Source of the DNA: Pyrodictium delaneyi
GTDB taxonomy: Archaea > Thermoproteota > Thermoprotei_A > Sulfolobales > Pyrodictiaceae
Assembly (NCBI RefSeq): GCF_001412615.1
Contig: NZ_CP013011.1
Location: forward strand, 30,001 to 62,000
Reading direction: 5' to 3'
Length of the DNA: 32,000 nt
The position numbers and the translations under genes are program-made. Numbering within the stretch: the stretch's first letter is position 1; each line of letters opens with the position of its first letter. Positions 1 through 8,416 of the stretch are shown here, in pieces. Below the pieces are notes generated by a model that was not told the origin of the DNA, made no database searches, and saw nothing but the letters and a program-made list of their open reading frames with translations.

Positions 1-496
1 CCTTGACAGTGACCGAGGAGAGGTAGATGAACACACCTCGCCCCTGGTCCAGGAAGCGGGGTAGTAGTAGGCTTGTCAGATAGCCTGGTGCTATGAGGTG
101 AAGCTGTGCTGCCTCGAGCCAGTCCTCATATCCAGCCTCATGGAGGTAGCACGGCTCGCAGCCTATGTTTCCCGCGTTGAATACTAATGCGTCAAGCCCT
201 CCGAGTCTACTCCAAGCCTCCTCCACAAGCCTCTCTAGATCCTCACGCCTTCTTAGATCCACGGATATGCCTATAGGTTCTACCCTAGCTGTCTTGCTAA
301 TCTCTTCTGCCGCTCTAGCTACCGATTCACGTCTACGTCCTACAATTGCTACTCTTGCACCCCATTCAGCTAAGCCGCGGGCCACGTAGAACCCTATGCC
401 ACGTGTAGATGCGGTAACGAGCACACGTAAACCGTCCAGTCTGAAGGATGCACTCAAGGAGCCTCTCCCCACTGCCCTCAGCGAGGCATTAGGCAT
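1..496 (-). CDS. Short-chain dehydrogenase/reductase (SDR) family oxidoreductase, N-terminal part; gene runs off the left edge
   Basis: My own minus-strand translation from ATG 496-494 reads MPNASLRAVGRGSLSASFRLDGLRVLVTASTRGIGFYVARGLAEWGARVAIVGRR...LVFNAGNIG...IYLSSVTVK. It has a Rossmann TGxxxGIG-type motif (ASTRGIG) and the NAG motif. It is missing from the ORF track because its stop lies outside the window. Alternative starts are GTG 472 and TTG 457. The ATG overlaps the stop of the upstream Tpt1 gene by 8 nt. Confidence 0.7.
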   Translation of the reverse strand, partial: MPNASLRAVGRGSLSASFRLDGLRVLVTASTRGIGFYVARGLAEWGARVAIVGRRRESVARAAEEISKTARVEPIGISVDLRRREDLERLVEEAWSRLGGLDALVFNAGNIGCEPCYLHEAGYEDWLEAAQLHLIAPGYLTSLLLPRFLDQGRGVFIYLSSVTVK

Positions 497-1187
497 CACT
501 CATGGCAGGGGCTGTTCCACTGCTAACCTTCTCGACGCTCTTTATACACTCCGGAGGCACGTGAGGTGCTAGGTACATTACATGGCTGGCCCGGTACACT
601 GGCACACCCATCTCAGCTAGACAACGCGGGTCAATACGGAGGAGTACTACCCGACTGCCATGCCGCCTAGCAGCCTCTATGGCCTCCTGGGGCCTCGCTG
701 CCAGGTGCACCATTAGCCTTCTCATAGGCTTCAAGCCTTCATGTATTATCGAGTTGAGCCTCTCCATTACCGTGCCATGATAGAGTACTTCGGGTAGCTC
801 GTTTTCGCTGAGTGGCTCGTAGCCCAGCTCTAGCTTCACGCTATGCCCGTATGCTGCTCTTATGCGGCGGTTATCGCTTGAGAGCTGGAAGCGGCCCTTA
901 GGGTCTAGTAGCGCGACAGCTATCACGTGCTGCCGTGTTACCCACTGGTAGAGGTCTCGGCGCCGCCACCTCTCCCTTATAGCACGTGCGAGCTCTTCTA
1001 CCTCAATCCAGCCTCCAGGACCAAGCTCTAACCCAGCCTCGTGAGGTATGTGGCGAAGGATCGCGCTCATAAGCTTGCTCAGTCTTACGCGCTGCTCACC
1101 AGTCATGAACAATGCTGCCGGCTTATCACAGTGCCAGGGCTCCTCAGTAAATGCCCCACAGACCCTGCAGCGGTATATAGGCTTCAA
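489..1187 (-). CDS. kptA: RNA 2'-phosphotransferase (Tpt1/KptA family)
   Basis: 232-aa ORF. The blocks RLSKLMSAILRHIPHEAGLEL..GGW, DPKGRFQL, IRAAYGHS, LYHGT, MVHL and VPPECI match the Tpt1/KptA signature, and I recall the Aeropyrum KptA having the same blocks. The first ~27 aa (CRVCG..WHC) are extra. Alternative start is Met28, ATG at 1106. Confidence 0.85.
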   Translation of the reverse strand: MKPIYRCRVCGAFTEEPWHCDKPAALFMTGEQRVRLSKLMSAILRHIPHEAGLELGPGGWIEVEELARAIRERWRRRDLYQWVTRQHVIAVALLDPKGRFQLSSDNRRIRAAYGHSVKLELGYEPLSENELPEVLYHGTVMERLNSIIHEGLKPMRRLMVHLAARPQEAIEAARRHGSRVVLLRIDPRCLAEMGVPVYRASHVMYLAPHVPPECIKSVEKVSSGTAPAMSDA

Positions 1188-1244
1188 GGCTCCCCGATCT
1201 ACCTAGGTAGTGTCAAAGAACAGAAATGAAGGCTTCAAATAGTC

Positions 1245-2525
1245 TTACACGCTTCCGCATGCACAGCCTATAGCCTCTTCCTCCATGAGGCGCTCAGCCT
1301 GTACTAGTCTAGCTGCCTCACTGGCCCTGGCCACCGCCTCCTCATATGCCGCTGCAACTACCTCTCCTATGACTTTCACTGCATCGTCAGGGTTTATGCG
1401 CTCTGCTCTGGGGAGCGGGTTTGTCCATAGACTCTTGTACATCGACTCTATGGTCTCGCGGTCAACCTCCTCTAGGTTCATCTTGTCTAGTATCTTCTTG
1501 GCCGTATAGAGCTTCTTTGCTACTATCGGGTGGTGTCTCCAGAGGTGCTGACTACGGAACTCTTCCCATGGTATTCCTGTGCCGGTGTAATATCGCTTGT
1601 AGCTGGTCTTGATGGCGTCCTCTATTAGCCCTGGGTCTTCTAGTATGTCTATCTCTTTCTCACTGAACTCGTGGAGCGCCTTATAGGGGCACATCAGGCA
1701 TGCGACACGGGGTAGGCCGTCATAGTAGTCGGGGTGGACGAGGCCTAGCTCGCGTACATTCTTAACGATGTCGAGTATAGTCCATATGTATATCGGTCTT
1801 ATTCTGCCCCCGTCGTATATCCTCGGACGCTGTGGAGACATCCTGTAGAGGCGGTTGAACCGCTTAAACGCCTCAGTCATACGGTCACCATCGGCTGTTA
1901 CGTCGGGCCTCCTAGCCTTCTTTAGCTGCTTTATCGGCCTCAGTTTCATGTAGGTACACCAACGCTTGCCACGGTACGGCAGACCCTCCTCTAGCAGCCT
2001 CTTCTTCATTAGCTCCCGGTCAGCCTCTACGACTTCTATTTCGATACCAAGCTTCTCTGCTGTCCTCACGGAGAAATCGATGTTCCTTGGAGGCTCCAGG
2101 TAGGGCACGTAGCTGTACACAGCGTATACCTTAAGTCCCCTAATCTTCTCCCGGAGCTTAGCCATTATAGCCATAACAGATGTACTGTCCTTGCCACCGC
2201 TGAAGTTTACTACAACAGTTTTTCCTTCAAGCTTCTCGCCGTACTGCCTATAGATCCATTCTACGTACTCGTCTAGGTTCCAGGCAACATAAACAAGAGG
2301 CCAGGGGATATCTTCGACGAGTCGCGCATACTCTATCTTGACATCATCTACTACCAAGAGTCCTTTGTCGATAAACGAGTCTATCTTTATGGCTCTTTCT
2401 GTGTCTATCCATAGATAGCTGCCACGCCTATTACCATCCGGAGCGAAGACTACGCTAAACTCCACTGACGATATTACATACCCTGTTATCTCACCGTTGC
2501 TGCTTAACGCCGGATACCTCTCCAT
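1245..2525 (-). CDS. PAPS-reductase family / PP-loop ATP-pyrophosphatase superfamily protein
   Basis: 426-aa ORF with the PP-loop motif VNFSGGKDST, plus downstream WCTYMKLRP and ACLMCPYK Cys motifs typical of the PAPS_reduct family. The ~100-aa N-terminal domain is not recognised. Confidence 0.7.
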   Translation of the reverse strand: MERYPALSSNGEITGYVISSVEFSVVFAPDGNRRGSYLWIDTERAIKIDSFIDKGLLVVDDVKIEYARLVEDIPWPLVYVAWNLDEYVEWIYRQYGEKLEGKTVVVNFSGGKDSTSVMAIMAKLREKIRGLKVYAVYSYVPYLEPPRNIDFSVRTAEKLGIEIEVVEADRELMKKRLLEEGLPYRGKRWCTYMKLRPIKQLKKARRPDVTADGDRMTEAFKRFNRLYRMSPQRPRIYDGGRIRPIYIWTILDIVKNVRELGLVHPDYYDGLPRVACLMCPYKALHEFSEKEIDILEDPGLIEDAIKTSYKRYYTGTGIPWEEFRSQHLWRHHPIVAKKLYTAKKILDKMNLEEVDRETIESMYKSLWTNPLPRAERINPDDAVKVIGEVVAAAYEEAVARASEAARLVQAERLMEEEAIGCACGSV

Positions 2526-2629
2526 AGAACCCCCGGAATAGAGACTGGCAGCGGAAATGGCCTCTTAAAAACTACGAATGGACGGATCTCGATGGTAGTG
2601 CTCCACGCATCGTTATCCGTTATACAATA

Positions 2630-3646
2630 TTAGAAGGGGTTGTACCCTTCCTTTAGCCACTTGGCCACATCGAGTGCATGGTATGTTAGTATTAGGTCCG
2701 CTCCAGCCCTCTTTATCGCCGTGAGTATCTCTAGGGTTACTAGCTTCTCGTCTATCCACCCTTTCTCAGCAGCAGCCTTTACCATTGAGTACTCGCCGCT
2801 CACATTGTACGCTGCTAGAGGATAGTGGGGGAAGTTCTCCTTGACTAGCCTTATCACGTCGAGATAGGCTAGAGCCGGCTTAACCATCAATATGTCTGCA
2901 CCCTCCTCAATATCTAGTATAACCTCCTTTATCGCCTCCATAGCGTTCCTGGGATCCATCTGGTAGCTTCTCCTGTCTCCAAACCTTGGCGCTGATTCCG
3001 CAGCAGCGCGGAAGGGCCCGTAGAACCCACTAGCATACTTAACAGCGTAGCTCATTATGCCGACTTCTGTGAAGCCCTCCTTGTCCAACTCCTCGCGTAT
3101 AGCCTGGACCATACCATCCATCATGCCAGAGGGTGCTACGAAGTCAGCACCAGCCTCTGCATGTGCCACCGCCATTCGCGCTATTACTTTGAGTGTAGAG
3201 TCATTGTCTATGAGCTTTCTACCACGCTTCTCTACAGGTATGCCACAGTGACCGTGGGTCGTGTATCCACATATGCAAACGTCTGTGAAGATTACTGGCT
3301 CTTCGCCGAACTCGCGGCGTATAGTCTTAACTGCCTTTGGTACAGGGCCCTTAGGGTCATAGGCTGGTGTCCCCATATGATCCTTCTTCTCAGCTGGCGG
3401 TATACCAAATAGTATTATGGCCTTGACTCCTAGCTCTAGGGCCTTGGAAACTATGTCTGTGACCTTCTCCACAGGATAACGGTACTGACCAGGCATCGCG
3501 TCTATGGGCTCGGGCTCGCTTATACCCTCACGGACGAACACCGGGTATATCAGATCGTTTACGGTGAGTGTTGTCTCTGCTACTAGATCCCTTATGCTCT
3601 TCGTCAAGCGCAGCCGGCGGGGACGTAGCTCGGGGAAGAGGGGCAC
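2630..3646 (-). CDS. hemB: Porphobilinogen synthase (delta-aminolevulinic acid dehydratase)
   Basis: 338-aa ORF. It has the Zn-type active-site motif DVCICGYTTHGHCG, the Schiff-base region ILMVKPALAYLDVI, SGEYSM and a TYHA C-terminus, all hallmark HemB blocks. Confidence 0.93.
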   Translation of the reverse strand: MPLFPELRPRRLRLTKSIRDLVAETTLTVNDLIYPVFVREGISEPEPIDAMPGQYRYPVEKVTDIVSKALELGVKAIILFGIPPAEKKDHMGTPAYDPKGPVPKAVKTIRREFGEEPVIFTDVCICGYTTHGHCGIPVEKRGRKLIDNDSTLKVIARMAVAHAEAGADFVAPSGMMDGMVQAIREELDKEGFTEVGIMSYAVKYASGFYGPFRAAAESAPRFGDRRSYQMDPRNAMEAIKEVILDIEEGADILMVKPALAYLDVIRLVKENFPHYPLAAYNVSGEYSMVKAAAEKGWIDEKLVTLEILTAIKRAGADLILTYHALDVAKWLKEGYNPF

Positions 3647-3792
3647 GGCTGAGCACCAGCCCTAGTCCCTGTAGGGATTCACATGTAGTATCCTAGACTA
3701 TGTCCACGGGGATATACGTGCTACCACAGCATTAATTGAGGATAGCCAGCCTAGAGCTGCCGTGAGGCCGCCTAGAGAAGGGTAGGAACCTC

Positions 3793-4392
3793 ATGACAGC
3801 CAAGTTCATAGTTGTCTACCATGAGCCGGGTGACCCTTCGGAGAGCGAGCGCGTACACAAGCTAGTAGAGCAAGTACGTCTACTAGGCGACGTGGACGTG
3901 GAAGCAGTATCGCTGAAGAAGTTCACAGGATGCCGTAACTGTAGGCGTGTATACTTGCTCATGTTTACGCGTGGAGGCCACTGGTTAAGCTTAAAAGAGT
4001 ATGGCGTAGACGCCGTACTAGTGCCGCCCTACGTTACAGCTTCAGCCATAATCGCCGAACTGGATAAGCGCAGACTAGATAGCGTCATGCTCGTCGCCCT
4101 ACGTGCGAAACGGCTCCTGGACGCACAGCACTATGACTTAGAATTGATAAGGAAGCTCGTAGCCGCGAAGGGGCTAGACGCAGAAGTGCGACTACTTGAC
4201 GAGATGAGTACTGCCAAGAAGCCGGAGACTACGAAGCCAGTAGCGCCTCTAGCACTATTATCGGGCAGACTTGTTAGAGCTGCCTGCTCCCTCACAGAGG
4301 GACCATGCCTGGGCCCTCTTCTACACTATGGCTGGTGGCACATACTCTCATGGCTCGTCAGCGACATGTTAGCCCCAGACATAACTACATAA
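3793..4392 (+). CDS. Hypothetical protein, possibly a CbiX-like (class II chelatase) N-terminal domain
   Basis: 199-aa ORF. FIVVYHEPGD and VYLLMFTRGGHW loosely resemble the GHGS and PLF..G.H blocks of small CbiX chelatases. It is divergent from hemB. The similarity is weak and judged by eye only. Confidence 0.55.
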   Translation: MTAKFIVVYHEPGDPSESERVHKLVEQVRLLGDVDVEAVSLKKFTGCRNCRRVYLLMFTRGGHWLSLKEYGVDAVLVPPYVTASAIIAELDKRRLDSVMLVALRAKRLLDAQHYDLELIRKLVAAKGLDAEVRLLDEMSTAKKPETTKPVAPLALLSGRLVRAACSLTEGPCLGPLLHYGWWHILSWLVSDMLAPDITT

Positions 4393-4439
4393 AGCCCCTA
4401 AAAGGGTACAATAGAGTCATGGCGTAGAGGGGCCGAAAA

Positions 4440-4765
4440 GGGCTCCGCGCGGGTAGGGCTGGGGGCTCGCCCTCCCCCGAGCCCCGAAATGGGCGTAATG
4501 CGGGGGCCAGTAACCCGCACGCTGGCCACGGCGGTCCACGGCAGACCCGGCCGACCAATGACCCCCGTCCCGCGGGGCCGGCGGCGGCGGAGCCCCCTCC
4601 GGAGGGAGGGAGGCTACCGCCCTTACCGGGGGAAACAGGCCAGGCCCGGAAGGGAGCAACCTAACCCCGGACGCCCGGCGTTCGCGGGGGTGCGGGGTGA
4701 GGCAACGGCCGGGCCCCCTGCCGCGGCGCCGTCGTGGCTGGCGTGCGGGGGCCGCGCGGGCCCTC
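4440..4765 (+). ncRNA. Signal recognition particle RNA (archaeal 7S/SRP RNA)
   Basis: Very GC-rich ~325-nt block. The universally conserved helix-8 motif CAGGCCAGGCCCGGAAGGGAGCAACC sits at 4635-4662 (compare E. coli 4.5S CAGGUCAGGUCCGGAAGGAAGCAGCC). The 5' end GGGCUCCGCGCGG (4440-4452) pairs with the 3' end CCGCGCGGGCCC (4752-4764) as a terminal helix. Ends are approximate, within about 10 nt. Confidence 0.88.
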
Positions 4766-4861
4766 GGCAAACCTGGGCAAACAACTCACAACGTCAATAT
4801 TCTCGTTCCTGGACGCATATATCACTTAGAAAATAAGAGACAGCCCATTCTCTCCTCTAGA

Positions 4862-4955
4862 AGATGGCCCGGGTATCGCCCGGGCGACTGCGCCGCGTAG
4901 CGGCGCCTGGGGGATGACCCCGGGTATCCGTTCCAGGCCCCGCTGATGGGGCACA
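4862..4955 (+). ncRNA. Candidate small structured RNA of unknown class
   Basis: GC-rich island within AT-rich spacer. It has consecutive perfect hairpins at 4867-4885 (7 bp), 4890-4906 (7 bp), 4910-4921 (GGGG AUGA CCCC) and 4937-4952 (GCCCC GCUGAU GGGGC). CCCGGGTATC is repeated at 4868-4877 and 4919-4928. TATA-like CATATATC (4816-4823) and GAAAATAAG (4829-4837) lie upstream. Strand and ends are uncertain. Confidence 0.3.
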
Positions 4956-4965
4956 CCCTCTACGC

Positions 4966-4985
4966 TCCTAAGACTTCCTAAGACT
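4966..4985. repeat. Perfect tandem duplication of a 10-mer (TCCTAAGACT x2)
   Basis: Read directly: tcctaagact tcctaagact at 4966-4975 and 4976-4985. Confidence 0.9.
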
Positions 4986-5036
4986 CTATATCATCAAAAC
5001 TAGGTAACGTTATCTACTAATAATTCCTACAAGACA

Positions 5037-5531
5037 TTACTCTGTGACAGCAACGTATTCCGGCAACCATGTTAGTAGTTCCTCTATCACTTGGTCTGGG
5101 TCGCTTATCTCCTCGATCTCCTCCTCTTCGCTTGATATTATTCCTTGGAGTGCATGAATTATAGCCGATAATGTCAACGTGTAGGACTCCTTCATGAGTC
5201 TCGAAAGCTTGTCTGCAGCCTCTACTACGCGGCCCCAGGCGTTCTCGGCTTCCAATGCCACACAGAAATCGTCGGGCTCTTCGGTACCAAAGTGGCATAT
5301 TAGGTAAAGATTGTCTGTAATTCTTACGCCTACTATACGTGAGCCTCTATACTCCTCCGAGCCTAGCACTGCGTGACCTAGACCCTTCTCCACTATCTCG
5401 CGTAGCGGCAGCTTCGAGAGGGGTGGACCTTGAATGCTTCCACGCAGCCTTATACCGCGCAGCGTCTCGAGCGCGTTATAGACGTCGTCATACTTGACTG
5501 ATATCTGCATAGACAATGAGTCTCCCCTCAC
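5037..5531 (-). CDS. Hypothetical protein with an acidic C-terminal tail
   Basis: 164-aa ORF with protein-like composition and no recognised motif. The tail reads SSEEEEIEEISDPDQVIEELL. The overlapping 93-aa ORF 5017..5298 is less plausible. Met8 (MQISVKY) is an alternative start. Confidence 0.55.
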   Translation of the reverse strand: MRGDSLSMQISVKYDDVYNALETLRGIRLRGSIQGPPLSKLPLREIVEKGLGHAVLGSEEYRGSRIVGVRITDNLYLICHFGTEEPDDFCVALEAENAWGRVVEAADKLSRLMKESYTLTLSAIIHALQGIISSEEEEIEEISDPDQVIEELLTWLPEYVAVTE

Positions 5532-5603
5532 AGCTTCACCGCTTCTAGCACTCTAGTCTTCACGCTACCGGCATGTGTAGAGTTTAGGATACGAGGATTT
5601 ATA

Positions 5604-6875
5604 CTATAGCTTGACTAGCTTAGCTATGAAGAAGCCTTGTGTCTTGTGTAAGTGCGGTAGTAGGCGCTGGCTCCGGGGTAAGCGGCGTGGTTTCTCGCCT
5701 AGCACCGGCTCCGGCTCCACAATCTCGACGTCACTGTGACGTTCAAGTAGCCTCCTTATAACCCATATAGTTTCACTACGGGTTAGCGTGCAGACGCTAT
5801 ACACTATTGTGCTACCAGGCAGCGCTGCCTCGACAACTGCTGAGACTATACGGAGTTGAAGCCTACGGAAGTAGTGTATATCTCCACGGGTGAGCCAGAG
5901 CTTTACCTCCGGCTCGTATTGAAGCCTGCCTATATCGCTGCAAGGCGGGTCTACAACAGTTACATCAAACCCGCGGAGGTATGGCTGCCGTGCATCCCCG
6001 GCTACGAGGTCAATTATGTGGCCTACTGCCAGTCGGCTTAACGTGCGCCTAGCCTCACGTATACGCTCAGGCTTGACATCACCTGCTACCACGTAGCGCG
6101 CCCCGAGCCACGCCATGTGGCTCGCCTTCACCGCAGCGCCAGCCGTAGGGTCTACTGCCACACTATCCCGGGGCCGTGCAACCCAGGAGACTAGCGCCGA
6201 GGCCTTGTCCTGCAGTATGTAGAGACCCTTCTGGTACTCCTCCGTGCGAGTCGCCTTGGAGTCGCCCGACACTATGCGGGCAATGTCTGGCAAGTCTCTG
6301 TCAGGCTCTATCTCAACCCCTTGGCCTCGGAGCCTCTCACGAAGCCACTCGATGTCTACCTCGGGCTTCACACGTATCCAGCGCGTAGGATCTTGATTCA
6401 GCGACTCTAGCAACCTAGGTAACTCGGGAATTTCTGCTCCGAGCAGCTCCTCTACCATCCAGCGTGGGAAGCTGTATAGTACGCTAAGCTTCTCGACCCC
6501 GCCGAGGCCTCGTACGAACTCCTGCGGCTCGGCGCCCCTCAGCTCGAGTATCTTGTCAGCATCTAACCCGGCCCTAGGAGCCAGCTTTCGCGCCCTTGTA
6601 GGTTTGAGCTTATCGCTCAGCGCCTCGTAGACTAGTATCCTTGCGAGCATCCAGCGCGTCGAGTGGCTAGGAGGCCCGTAGCCTAAACTCTCTAGCACCT
6701 TGTCTAGCAACATATAGTTCCGCGCCACACCTAGCGTCAATACCCTCACTATTGGCTTCATATAGTCCAGCTCCGGGTTCCGCGAGAAGAACCTCGTTGC
6801 TGTATCGCGTAGGGAGGCGCGGTGACGCACAGTCTCTGACAGTATTCGTGCTGCAACCTCTTCTGGCAGAACCAT
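5604..6875 (-). CDS. NOL1/NOP2/Sun-family RNA (cytosine-C5)-methyltransferase (RsmB/Nop2-like)
   Basis: 423-aa ORF. Motif IV is VVDPPCSDIG (catalytic Cys) and motif VI is YSVCTLT (second Cys). It also has the SAM-binding region VDPTAGAAVKASHMA and an N-terminal NusB-like helical region. Confidence 0.85.
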   Translation of the reverse strand: MVLPEEVAARILSETVRHRASLRDTATRFFSRNPELDYMKPIVRVLTLGVARNYMLLDKVLESLGYGPPSHSTRWMLARILVYEALSDKLKPTRARKLAPRAGLDADKILELRGAEPQEFVRGLGGVEKLSVLYSFPRWMVEELLGAEIPELPRLLESLNQDPTRWIRVKPEVDIEWLRERLRGQGVEIEPDRDLPDIARIVSGDSKATRTEEYQKGLYILQDKASALVSWVARPRDSVAVDPTAGAAVKASHMAWLGARYVVAGDVKPERIREARRTLSRLAVGHIIDLVAGDARQPYLRGFDVTVVDPPCSDIGRLQYEPEVKLWLTRGDIHYFRRLQLRIVSAVVEAALPGSTIVYSVCTLTRSETIWVIRRLLERHSDVEIVEPEPVLGEKPRRLPRSQRLLPHLHKTQGFFIAKLVKL

Positions 6876-7038
6876 AGTACCATCCCCTAACCTGCATTAC
6901 CCTTTACACACCACTTGAACCCGTACCTTCGAGAGCCTAGCTAGCAACAAACATAAGCAAGACCCTAACTAGTATACTTAGAGATCGTTTTACGTGGCAG
7001 TGATACCCGGCTATTCAGTGTTCTCCGAAGCGTGGTGA

Positions 7039-7392
7039 GTGATAATGCCTGCCAGACTACAGCAGCCAAGTAGGCGGCTCATCTGGGCCCTCCTAGCAGT
7101 AGTAGGCTATATACTAAGCCCGTTATCATGGTGGAATGACGTATTCGTGAACATACCGATAGCCGTCGCAACTGCATGGCTATTAAACACACTGCTCGGA
7201 GTCGACCAGCTAGTAGGCTTCTACATCGGCTACATGGCGTCCAATATCCTAGGCCTCTATCTACTGGCACTCGGCGTCAGCGGAACGGTAGCAAGAAAGA
7301 TTGACCGCAAGACGCTAGCCAAGATGATGGTTATGGGTGCCCTCTACACGTTAGTTGCCGCGCTCATCCTCGGCAGACTCGGCCTCCTCTAG
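7039..7392 (+). CDS. Small integral membrane protein (hypothetical)
   Basis: 117-aa ORF (GTG 7039, or ATG 7045) with three or four hydrophobic helices and an SPLSWWND motif. Confidence 0.55.
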   Translation: MIMPARLQQPSRRLIWALLAVVGYILSPLSWWNDVFVNIPIAVATAWLLNTLLGVDQLVGFYIGYMASNILGLYLLALGVSGTVARKIDRKTLAKMMVMGALYTLVAALILGRLGLL

Positions 7393-8229
7393 AGCACGCT
7401 CCATAGCTTGATTAGCTACAGGCTGCAGTTCAAGGAGTGGTAGCGCCCTCCGCACCTCACGCAGATAGTCCATGTCAACCATACCCTCAACGTAAACCTC
7501 TCTAGTTCCCGCGTCAAGAACAACGAAACCCATGGGGTCTACTAGCATACTCCGCCCCACGAAATCGGGCCCCGTCATCGAGGCTATAGCCAGGTACACT
7601 GTGTTTTCTGAAGCCCTGGCTTGAGCTAGGAAGCGAAGCTGCTCCTCCTTACCCGAGCCACGGTACCAGGCAGCTGGAACCAAGACCAGCTCAGCGCCCT
7701 GGAGAGCAAGGCTCCTAGCCATCTCAGGGAACCGAAGCTCAAAACACACGATGACACCAACACGGAGCCCTGCTACTTCAACCAGGCTGGGCGGCTTATC
7801 GCCACGGCACAGAACACTGGACTCCCGGTAGCCCAGAGCATCAAAGAGCACATTCTTCCGGTAGACAACCTCTACACCGCCACCCGGCCGCACCATGACT
7901 ACAGAGCTGTACACACAGTCACCACTTCTCTCGAGGAACCCCGAGAAAACATGGACACCGTACTCCACTGCAGCCCACTCAAGGGCTTCGGCGAAGATGC
8001 TCTCCTCGAGGCTCTCCGCCCTCCGGCGCAGCTCCCCCGCCGGGACACCCGCAGGGTAGACATTAGCATACTCGGGAAGCAGAACAACATCCGCCTCAAC
8101 ACGAGCACTGCCAAGCAGCTCCCTAACACGTACACCGCTTTCTCTGGGACTATAGCCCGGCATATACTGGAGAATACCAAGCCTAGCCTGCAACAGAGAC
8201 CACCGAACTATCTCTGCTGACACAACCAC
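7351..8229 (-). CDS. Carbon-nitrogen hydrolase (nitrilase/amidase superfamily)
   Basis: 292-aa ORF. It has the catalytic Cys block GVIVCFELRFPE, an upstream Glu (LLPEY), and the Lys block YRKNVLF, all typical of the CN_hydrolase family. Confidence 0.8.
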   Translation of the reverse strand: MVVSAEIVRWSLLQARLGILQYMPGYSPRESGVRVRELLGSARVEADVVLLPEYANVYPAGVPAGELRRRAESLEESIFAEALEWAAVEYGVHVFSGFLERSGDCVYSSVVMVRPGGGVEVVYRKNVLFDALGYRESSVLCRGDKPPSLVEVAGLRVGVIVCFELRFPEMARSLALQGAELVLVPAAWYRGSGKEEQLRFLAQARASENTVYLAIASMTGPDFVGRSMLVDPMGFVVLDAGTREVYVEGMVDMDYLREVRRALPLLELQPVANQAMERALEEAESAEDERGN

Positions 8230-8357
8230 GGCCAGACACAGGCTAAATGCCTGCCCAGAGCCGTCTCCCTGCGCTACGATTACTAGGGGAGCACAGAGGC
8301 GTCCTGAGATAATACTTCACTGAATGACGGGAACATTAGAGTTACAGACGTAACCCC

Positions 8358-8368
8358 AATATATAAAG
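8358..8368 (+). promoter_or_regulatory. TATA-box-like element upstream of the nucleoside phosphorylase gene
   Basis: AATATATAAAG lies ~50-58 nt upstream of ATG 8417 and matches the archaeal TATA consensus (TTTAWA-like). Confidence 0.4.
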
Positions 8369-8416
8369 AAGGACTACCATTGTAGCCTAGCTGAAGCCCC
8401 CTGGAGGCCTCCAGCA

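Noticed and set aside
165-389. 74-aa plus-strand ORF
   Set aside because: It is antisense to the clearly recognisable SDR gene that runs off the left edge.
4417-4900. Three overlapping ORFs (117, 115 and 67 aa) rich in Pro, Arg and Gly
   Set aside because: They lie on both strands of the extremely GC-rich SRP RNA gene. Their composition is the usual artefact of translating a GC-rich structural RNA.
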